33,000 nucleotides of DNA from Octopus sinensis (taxonomy: Eukaryota): NCBI RefSeq assembly GCF_006345805.1, contig NC_043004.1, positions 54,033,001-54,066,000 of the forward strand, written 5' to 3'. A program made the position numbers and the translations under genes. Below are positions 23,869 to 33,000 of this stretch, one piece after another. The notes beneath the pieces were generated by a model. That model ran no database searches, had not been told where the DNA came from, and saw only the letters and a program-made list of their open reading frames with translations. Positions within the stretch are counted from its first letter, which is position 1; every line of letters starts with the position of its first letter.

Positions 23869-23939
23869 CCAGGGGGCACTGCCGGTTGAGATAAACTCTA
23901 CAGGCACGGAAGTGCTGTCTGACGGACCTACCCGAGATG
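23869..23939 (+). mobile_element. Short inverted fragment of a related Tx1 ORF2 (zf-RVT region)
   Basis: CCAGGGGGCACTGCCGGTT-GAGATAAACTCTACAGGCACGGAAGTGCTGTCTGACGGACCTACCCGAGATG aligns by eye at about 80% to the revcomp of about 22720-22790 (GALPVRGKLYRNGSAVSRTC). Confidence 0.85.
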
Positions 23940-23940
23940 A

Positions 23941-24340
23941 TATTTTCTCGATCATCTCTTTTAATTTCTTGTCCGTGATTGATATATTTTCTCGTGTTAC
24001 TCCAACACCCATTTATCTTTTAAATCTCCGTATCTAGTCTGCTTTTACACTATGTTGGATATCTTTGCTCCAGATTTCTGTCCAGAATTTCTTTTCTGCT
24101 TCAGCATATGCCTTATTATTTCTCTGATGCTTCTCTTCATTGTGCAGTTGTTTATAGAATTTTTTCCTTGTTCAGGATTTGTCCTCTGTTGGTATCAACC
24201 CGACACGACTTTTAATTTTCTGTCTCAGTTCCTGTTTAACTACTTGCAATGCTTTGCACTTTATGCTGTACTTCCTTCGTAGTTTGTTTCCTAACCCTCT
24301 TCTTTTTCATGAATATATGATCCGTTCAAGGTTTCTCTTG
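23941..24340 (-). mobile_element. Degraded Dong/R4-type LINE, segment N-terminal to the RT
   Basis: Minus translation pieces LRRKYSIKCKALQVVKQELRQKIK, KKFYKQL, AEAEKKFWTEIWS, ITDKKLKEMIEKI resemble the pre-RT region of R4/Dong ORFs (recognised from memory). Confidence 0.6.
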
Positions 24341-24345
24341 AGCAG

Positions 24346-25330
24346 TTGTTGTTGTTATTGTTGTTGTTATTTTTGTTTTACATCTCAGAGCTTTGTCTTA
24401 TTTGTTCTGTTTGATTCTGTGGGAGCGAACAGCAAATTGTTGTCTTACACTGCTTCTTTCCGCATATCATAAGCTTTAGTACTTAGACGTTAACTTATCG
24501 TGAAAGACATTCAACACGCAAACACTAATCTCAAAATCTTAGCTCTCTCCAATTCCAATTCTACCTCATATTTCTCAAAGCTAGTAGTTTTGTTCTGGGT
24601 GTTCCTGCAACTCCTGGGATAACAGTTACTCTCCTCATAGCCCACATCCCTGAAATTTCGTCTTTTAGTAGTCTGTATCTCTCTACTTTTTCTAGCTCTT
24701 TGTCATCTACGAGTGAATCCTTTGGCATGGAAATATCTATGATCTTGGTTTCGTTTATGTTTTAAGCCACCACAATAAAGTCTGGTTTTCGAGCATCAAT
24801 TAGGGAATCACATTAGTTTGTAAAAATCCACAAATGTTCTCAGTGACGCCTTCTGCTTCATGTTTGTACCTTTCCTGCGCTGTGACCAAAGCGTACATTT
24901 CACACAGTCTCCAGCGAATAAACTTAGCCTCGTTATCATGTCGCTTTCGTAGAGTTTGGGGACATTTCCCTACACTCACTCACAACACGTAAATGTTCCG
25001 ACTTTGCTGCCACACATCCTAGAAAGGGGCAATTCACTGTTCTTATCTATTTTGAACTTGATGTAATTAGTTCTCAGGGTTTGTTCCTGGCTGTTGTATA
25101 TCACTACCTCAATGCATCCTTTCAGATCACTTTTTCTTATTCCTTCGCAGGTGTTTGTCTTGACTTTCCGCTCGATTTCTTTGAGATATTGATCATGCGA
25201 TGTTTTCATTTTCCAACTGTTTATTCTTTGTTCTTCCGGCTTCATCATCAACATCGCTTTATTGCAGTCTGTATAAACAGCTTTAGGTCCAGGGTGAAAG
25301 CGTTCGCAATTATCATCTAACCCAGTATGC
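24346..25330 (-). mobile_element. 3' part of a Dong/R4-type LINE with restriction-like endonuclease
   Basis: QEQTLRTNYIKFKIDK...LSRMCG, KRHDNEAK (RHD motif), RKPDFIVV...IIDISMP (PD..D nuclease motif); ends in an (AAC/AAT)n tail at 24346-24370; many stops and frameshifts. Confidence 0.85.
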
Positions 25331-25361
25331 CAGTACGTTACAGAATGTTTTATATTTTTTA

Positions 25362-25667
25362 CTAGCAGTATCGCCCGGTGTTGTTCGGGTTTGTAAGGGA
25401 AATAACTATATAAGCATTTTTAGAGAGTTACTTCCCTTATATAAACCGAACAAAAAATGCATTATAAATGCTGAAAAATGATGGTAATCTTTTTTTTTTA
25501 GTCGTAGACTCATCGTAGACGCGTGCTAATACCCAGAAGGGCTCGATATGAACCACGACTATAAGATACCCGCTTTTGGTTAAACTGCACCGCAAAATGT
25601 GGGAGTAGTTAGGAATCTAAATCGGAGTAGACAGACACACACACAACTTCAGTTTTATATATAAAGA
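25362..25667 (-). mobile_element. Non-autonomous Helitron (copy B, short form)
   Basis: Minus strand TC...CTAG between A and T; homologous to copies A and C but with one internal unit. Confidence 0.8.
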
Positions 25668-25682
25668 TATTGCAACGTTGTC

Positions 25683-25945
25683 ATCAGCAGGATTTGAATT
25701 CAAATTGTAAATATTCGGAGCAAATGTATCTCAGCATTTTTACCGATGCCCTAACACTTTGGAAGATCTCCACTTTGCCGATCTGATTAACAATGATCTC
25801 TGGTTTAAGCACGAAGCCTGCAATTTTAATGTAACTGATTAGTTCGACTCAGTACTTTACTGGTGATACATGTTATCGAAGCAGAAAGGACGAAAGACAC
25901 CGTTGACTTCAGCGAGATTTAAAACAGAACGGAGAGAGCCAGCAG
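25683..25945 (-). mobile_element. Heavily degraded SINE fragments (family of 6435-6666)
   Basis: GGATTTGAATTC...CAGCATTTT and TACTGG...TTATCGAAGCAGAAAGGACGAAAGACAC...GTTGACTTCAGCGAGATTT resemble the family on the minus strand. Confidence 0.45.
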
Positions 25946-27169
25946 GAGACTTATTAATAATACAAGCAGAGCGCATTGGCGTACGATGGTCCATTTATCT
26001 TGTCACTATTTGGCAGTAATATTAAGGGAATCTTCTGCAAATCATACACCACCACCATGGAAATGTGTCATTGCTGCCTGGGGTATTGTAAACGTGAATA
26101 AAACATGAGATGATCGTGACTAGAATGTCTTTTGGTATGCTAGATCAGAGACGTCTTGGGAATAATCAACTACAGCAACAACTACACTAAGATTTGCGCG
26201 TAATGTCTAAGAATACAGTGTTACATTGTTTGAAATAGAACGCGGTGCGTTAATTAAAATATGTGATAAAACGTGGCAAAATAGAATCATATAAATTGTT
26301 AGTTCAAATTTTCAAATATTGGGTTATGCCGTTGGAACTTTATATTCTAAAATAACATATATAATCATATAAACTGACATCGTTATCAAATAAGTTTGTT
26401 TTTTTAAACAAAAAGGTAGCTTAAATAGACTAACAACTTATAGAAGACTATAATATAAGAAAATTTTGATTAATTTGATTGCTGACATAACGAAGATGCA
26501 TTCGGGAATTGAGCCCTTATATCAAAATTATCGCTCACATAAGCGAGATATGTAACTCCTTATTCAGTTATCCCTGATAAAAGCAGCAATAAAACTTTGA
26601 ATGTCTTCCATTAATAACTGGTAAGAATTATGAGTGTTTACATCATATATATGTGTCTGTTGCTTGATTAGATATATATGTATGTTAGTATATCTATGTG
26701 AGTGTGAGAGAGAGGGAGAGAGTGAGAGTCTACATATATTTCGCATCTATATATAGTATATATACATGCATTTCATATTGTGCTATAGACATGCATATCT
26801 ACAAATATATAAATAGGGAATTAAATTTAAATATGCGTGTCTTTGTTCGCGCATGCGTGTTTGCATCTCCGTATTTGTATGTTTTAGTATGTATGTAAAG
26901 ATAATCAAATAATTTTCGTGGATAAATATTTTCTTCTAAAGTAGGGCACAGAAATGCTTGAGAGAAAATAATTTTTGCTACCACAGAGATAACAAAATTA
27001 CAAAAATAAAGATTTACTCGTAAGAATTTGTCACCCAAACTTACATACACAAACAATTATAGATATGGCTAGGTACAATTTTATATGTGTGTATTTGTGC
27101 GTATGCGGATATGAGAGTGCATGCTCGATTCTGTATGTTTGGGCCTTATATATCTCTCTACATTTATAT

Positions 27170-27347
27170 ATATACGTGATTCATATTGTATAGCACTGAA
27201 CATACTAAGTATTCAATATTACATATATTCATATACGTATATATATACATATGTATGTGTGTGTGTATTTATATACATATCATATATATTACGTTATATA
27301 TATGTATATATGTAAGTCTATATCTACGTATGTATATATACGTATAT

Positions 27348-27410
<63 letters not shown>

Positions 27411-27539
27411 TGCATACATATATACATAATATATACATACATATATATATATATAGAGAGAGAGAGCGACAGAGAGGGAGAGAGAGATAATAGTATAGAT
27501 AGATAGATAGATAGGTATGCATGTATGTATGTATATATG

Positions 27540-27570
<31 letters not shown>
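27170..27570. repeat. Compound (TA)/(GATA)/(GA)/(TATG) microsatellite block
   Basis: Visible arrays. Confidence 0.95.
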
Positions 27571-28568
27571 ACCTCATAACTGATATAAACGGTGGGTTTT
27601 TTTCGAGTTGGGTGGGTCGGTTCAAACCTCACATACACTTTACAACATATAGGGAGAAGTGTAGCGAGAGAGGGACAGACAGAGATAGAGTAATAAAGAG
27701 GTACAGAGAATGTGTTAACATAAGCAGTGCATATTAAGTGCACATACAAGTCTTGAGGCCAAGGCAATGACTAAAGGAACGCAACACAGGGAGAGAGAAA
27801 AAAATCATAGAAACTCAATTGGAGGAGGAGGAGGCTGATGAGAAGGAGGCTGATGAGGAGGAGGCTGAGGAGGAAGGGGAGGAAGAGGAACAAAGAGGGT
27901 AAATGATATAATAGATGCGGGAGGTGTTATACAGGTGAGAAATTTGTTTTTATTGCATTATACTGAAAGGTTATAAATATCTTTCTTTTGAAAATTAGAA
28001 TTCATTTCATCATTTTGTATAAGCACCAAGAAGTATGATAGATTCGAATTATAATTATGGTATGTATGCCATATTTCCTGATATTCCCTACAGTGGTAAA
28101 AGTTCTGAAGTTATTCTTACATGATGAGAGCAACACTAGCATATAAATAGTCACCTCATGAAGAAAAAAAAACAATAATTCAGTTTATGACAGTTCATTC
28201 GCTGAACTTGAAGAGCGGCGGGAAAATTCTTCAAATGTATATATAGGTAAAAGAAGTGTATTCCGTGCAGGAAATTTTGTAACAGATTTATTAAAATATT
28301 TTAATAAACATGTTGCAAAATTTGAAAAACGACTATACGGTTTGAGATCCAGGCGCATTTTCAAACCAAGAAACAAATTCTCATAAATATATATGTATAT
28401 ATATATATATATAATGTGAAATAGAAAGATGAATAATCTTGTAGCAGATTAATCAAAAGTTTAACCGATACCTTGGTAGCAAAAATCACAGCAGAAGACA
28501 GCACGGTTGGAGGTACAACCATATGGTGTTGCAACCGTGCGTTGGTGCGGATAATTGAATTTTAATAT

Positions 28569-28783
<215 letters not shown>

Positions 28784-29022
28784 TTTTCGTCATTTTTTCC
28801 CCTTTTGCCTCTAAAGTAGAAGGAATAGCTAAGATTTTGACTGCTATTTCTAAACTTCGGTGTGTGGTGAAGCTAGTCGTTGCCGAACCCTAATTATATA
28901 GTATTACTTAAACTTACCATAAAATGGTCTTTTTCATGCCGAATTCTACTTGGTGAAATTACTAATTACTTCTTAATTAATTAATTTCACCCTTTGTTAT
29001 TATTGATATGTGTATATATATA

Positions 29023-29371
29023 GTGGCCCAGTCATAGGATCGCGGTTTCGATTCCCAGACCGGGCGTTGTGAGTGTTTATTGAGCGAAAACACCTAAAGC
29101 TCCACGAGACTCCGGCAGGGATGGTGGTGATCCCTGCTGTACTCTTTCACCACAACTTTCTCTCACTCTTACTTCCTGTTTCTGTTGTACCTGTATTTCA
29201 AAGGGCCGGCCTTGTCACTCTCTGTGTCACGCTGAATATCACCGAGAACTACGTTAAGGGTACACGTGTCTGTGGAGTGCTCAGCCACTTACACGTTAAT
29301 TTCACGAGCAGGCTGTTCCGTTGATCGGATCAACCGGAACCCTCGTCGTCGTAACCGACGGAGTGCTTCCA
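29023..29371 (+). mobile_element. tRNA-derived SINE, mosaic of the 3246 head/body and the 12030 tail
   Basis: GGATCGCGGTTTCGATTCCCAG...CACCTAAAGCTCCACGAG...CACAACTTTCTCTCACTCT matches 3246-3556; TTGTACCTGTATTTCAAAGGG...GACGGAGTGCT matches 12030-12350; about 23 bp deleted in the head. Confidence 0.88.
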
Positions 29372-29658
29372 TATTGGAAGGTCTAAGTGACTGATTAACA
29401 GATTTGTTTGAGAGTGGAGCAGAAAACTTGACAGGACTTGCTCTGATACTCAGCGTTCTTATTTGTGGTTCCACAGAAAGTACCAATCAACGGCCGCAGA
29501 GTGTCGGAACCCTAATAAAAGCTCTGTCTTGGTATATATGTTCTGACTTTCGGCATGCTAAATTTGAATCCCACCGTGGCCTAATTAGTACGAACATCTT
29601 GCATTCTTCGAACCGTCAATGCAGTTGGAAACATTCGAGCATGGCATATATTCAAGGA

Positions 29659-30052
29659 CTAGCAGTATCGCCCGGCGTTGCTCGGGTTTGTAAGGGAAAT
29701 AACTATATAAGCATTTTTAGAGAGTTATAGCCAAAAAATAGGGAAAAAATGCATTAAAAATGGAAAAAAATTAAGGTAAATTTTTTTTTTAAATCGTTGA
29801 CACATCGTAGATATTTTTAGAGAGTTACTTCCTTTATATAATAGCGAAAAATGCATTAAAATGGAAAAATATGATGGTAAATTTTTTAAATCGTAGACTC
29901 ATCGTAGACGCGCGCTAATACCCAGAAGGGCTTGATATGACTCACGACTATAAGATACCCGGTTTTGGTTACACTTCCCCGCTAAATGTGGGAGTAGTTA
30001 CGAATCTAAATCGTAGGAGACAGACACACAACTTCAGTTTTATATATAAAGA
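29659..30052 (-). mobile_element. Non-autonomous Helitron (copy C)
   Basis: Minus strand TC...CCCGAGCAACGCCGGGCGATACTGCTAG between A and T; two internal units. Confidence 0.82.
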
Positions 30053-30150
30053 TATAAGTCACATACTTTGTTAGATACACATTCTTAAAAGAAAATGTTA
30101 TTTTGAACACAACATTTATAAAGAATAAAATATTTTTTGGTTTTTCTTAA

Positions 30151-30431
30151 CCCTTTCGTTACTATATTTCTGACCAAAATACACCCTTTATGTGTTTCAA
30201 TTATTTTCTAACGTAATCATAAATTTAGTCTGGTTTCATTAAACAACAATAACTTTTTTATTTATCAATATATTAATGTGATTTTTGGAAGATAATTTAA
30301 TGAAATGTTCTCAACCAATTCTATACTATAATTTTTGTCACAAAGTGACTCTAATTGCAGGTAGATACAGGTAAATTCAACAAAATATAAAATTATTAAG
30401 ATTTTGTTCAAACATCGCTATAGAAAATGGG
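30151..30431. mobile_element. Possible piggyBac-type MITE
   Basis: TTAA|CCCTTTCGTTAC left end; right end ...ATAGAAAATGGG|TTAT is degenerate. Confidence 0.45.
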
Positions 30432-31248
30432 TTATTAGCTAATATTCAGTTGGGTATACAACAAAATTTTACGATAGAATTTGTTATTCAGGGTAACTTT
30501 CTGATACCCATAATAATATGTATGGCAAAATAGGCCTTAATTTCATTTAAGGTTGTGGGAAATAACAAACTATCCTTTCTTTCGTTTTGTTTAGATTTTA
30601 GCGTAACAGTTCGTTTCCGCCGTAATGATTTCAAATAGGCTCATTCAAAAAAGTAAAAAGAAATAGTTTAAGGCTTTACTCTTCTGGGAAAGTCTGTGGC
30701 TTGGTGCAGTTTCTTCAGAAAAATCACCGAAAGAAACAGTTTTTAAATTTTCACTCCATTCAGGTACCAATTCATTTTCTTAAACGCTGTCGGATTCACT
30801 GTTTTCACTTTAATAGTTGCAAACTTGCAAAGAGAAAGGAGGAGAAGGGTGATAGCGTCAGTGAAACAGTTCGCTCCGTTTGTGTGTGTGTGCGTTTGCG
30901 TGTGCTGTAGCCCACACTAAGAAAAACATTTGATATACACACCACAATGTGAGTTTTCTCTAAATTTTGCTTAATTGGGGTTGAAATTTTAAAAAGTGGA
31001 CCTGGCACGACCCGATGCATTCTACTCTTAAAAATGCTAGGTAAATTGTAATTGAAGAAATCCTATATTGTAGATTTCTATAAGATACAAAGGGAGGCAG
31101 ATAAAATCTGCCTTTTATAATAAGAGATGCCATCCCTACTTATCTCCCACCAGTTTTTGAGACACTAAGAAGGGTCTCAAGCACTACATTTATTCCTAAC
31201 TAAATTAAACAAATATGATTCCAGACAATACTTATTCCTCTTTAATAA

Positions 31249-31430
31249 TACGCCGAGTGAAATATTTTGCGGTATTTCGTCCATCTTTAAATTCAAATTC
31301 CGCTGCGGTCCACTTTGTCTTTTATTCTTTAGAGGTCGATAAAATAAGTACCAGTTGAGCACTGGGGTCAATTTAATAGAGTTACCCCTCCCCTAAAATT
31401 GCTGAACATGTACCAAAAATTGAAACCAAT
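31249..31430 (+). mobile_element. Degraded SINE (family of 6435-6666 and 21827-22050)
   Basis: GCGGTATTTCGTCC...TTCAAATTCCGC...GAGGTCGATAAAATAAGTACCAGTTGAGCACTGGGGTC; 5' end eroded. Confidence 0.8.
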
Positions 31431-32059
31431 AAGATAAATTCATATCAATAATATATTTGAAAACAGGAACCAAAATGTGCATAAGAATTCTAATTAATAT
31501 AATCATGAACCCTAATTTCAAGGGTTGAATTAAAACAATTAACATCCTAATCAACTAGAATCTTAAATAAAAAAACGCATTATCAATCAAACTCATAACA
31601 AAAAAGTAAGGCGGGGCAAAAAAACAAACACGAATGGTTGTTTTGATACTTTCGCATTTGAAATATATTTCTACTTGCGGAAGTCAGGGTCATTGTTCCA
31701 TGCTAAATGCCATTGTTCCAGCTACATGTGTTGTGTTTGAGTCACACCGAGGTTATACTTGTCGGTCATCCTTTCAGGGTCCACAACTACAGTACCACCT
31801 TAGTGTTGGGGCATTCTTCCACTCTCAAGATGCAATACAATGGTTGTTAAATCAGAGTAAGGTCTATGTTTGCCTCCGACATTATGGATATCTAAAGTAA
31901 GTTGCGAATACTATAATGTTATTCTTAATTGCATATACACACACACACATACACACATATACACACACGAGTGTGGGTGTGAGGGTGTGTGTGTGTGTGA
32001 GAGAGAGTATGTATATGTGAATGTGTGTGTGTCTGTGTTTGTGTTTGTATCACGACCGA

Positions 32060-32242
32060 CATTGGATTCCTGTTAAGGAAAATATCTTGAAATCTTAACA
32101 ATTTTTCGATCACATGGAGGGATGATGTCCGTCTCCAGTTTGAGCTTTCCATTCAAAATAGAGACAAATATCATCCCTCCATGTGAACGGCTTGAAAAAT
32201 CGTTACGAAATTAAGATATTTTTTCTTAACATGAAACCAATG
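32060..32242. mobile_element. Foldback-type MITE with about 75-bp imperfect TIRs
   Basis: CATTGG...TTAAGGAAAATATCTT...TCACATGGAGGGATGATG..GTCTC / GAGAC..ATCATCCCTCCATGTGA...AAGATATTTTTTCTTAA...CCAATG; no clear TSD. Confidence 0.65.
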
Positions 32243-32324
32243 GTAGACTTAATACACAAATAAAGAAAATTTATGCTCCAACACTCATTCTCATTGTTCA
32301 ACATTTACGTATATGTATATTTAT

Positions 32325-32620
32325 ATACAAATACAAAATGCGACAAGAACGCAAAACATCCGCACAGTTAGGGGATGCAAAAATGGGACAACGAATACAA
32401 AGAAAACAAGGATGGGTTATTCGAAGTTTTCTTTCCTCAGACAAGTACCAGATTATCTTCGCAATTTCGGCTGATTATACTTGAAATTGCTCTAATCTGG
32501 CCAGCTTCAATGAAAAACTAAGCTAAGAGCATTAGATTCCTTGGAAGAAAGCAACGAATGTATGCAAAAACAAGGACGAAAAAAACCGACAATGTATCAT
32601 ATCAAGACAGACGGGGATGA
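32325..32620 (-). repeat. Unclassified interspersed repeat flanked by microsatellites
   Basis: Homologous to the insert in the mariner (4404-4512); bounded by TA-rich repeats. Confidence 0.6.
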
Positions 32621-32635
32621 ATGAATGAATGATGA

Positions 32636-32671
<36 letters not shown>

Positions 32672-32893
32672 TCGTAGAAGGAAACGGTTTGACAGTGATT
32701 TCACTATCTTTATAATGTGACGGCGGGCAAGTCCAAGTTTCGAAATCATGATCAACTTCTTGTAAGAATCAATGGATATATATTTTATAAAAATCTATTC
32801 AATAATCCTCGTGTTTAATGCTAAATTGATTTTATATATAAAGTTACATAAAACGAAACATTGGTATATTTGTGCGCGTGTGTGTTATGTATG

Positions 32894-32897
<4 letters not shown>

Positions 32898-32972
<75 letters not shown>

Positions 32973-32975
32973 ATG
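32898..32975. repeat. (TA)n microsatellite
   Basis: Visible array. Confidence 0.97.
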
Positions 32976-33000
32976 CTTATGTGTGCATGCCTGTGTGTGT

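Noticed and set aside
30680-30920. Possible first exon or promoter of a minus-strand gene
   Set aside because: Only compositional impression; no diagnostic motif can be supported from sequence alone.
32400-32460. Hammerhead-like CTGAGGA-AAG AAAA CTT-CGAA on the minus strand (and CAGAAGA variant at about 4410)
   Set aside because: GAA is followed by T rather than A, and I could not build stems I and III with an NUH site.

Overview
Eukaryotic, AT-rich, microsatellite-saturated genomic DNA. The repeat families present (tRNA-derived SINEs with microsatellite tails, Dong/R4 and Tx1-type LINEs, Helitron-type short elements) look like those of an octopus/cephalopod genome; this is inferred from pattern recognition, not a database match. 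Nearly all ORFs in the supplied track are microsatellite or antisense-to-TE artefacts. The one plausible host coding segment is missing from the track: a stop-free minus-strand frame 537..1 running off the window edge (Pro-rich, His/Arg-rich, then acidic). The rest is a graveyard of mobile DNA: a full-length but broken DD34D mariner, a Tc1 remnant split by a SINE, several SINE families sharing modules, three non-autonomous Helitrons, MITEs (one with 29-bp TIRs, an 8-bp TSD and internal telomere repeats), a 5'-truncated Tx1/L1-clade RT and Dong/R4 fragments. The most interesting signals are a type I minimal hammerhead-ribozyme fold in a probable Penelope-like end (12549-12603, minus), a head-to-tail array of diverged ORF1-only Tx1-like elements joined by the same 11-mer AGTTCGTGCTA (12884-16135), and a 108-bp spacerless perfect palindrome (28569-28676).
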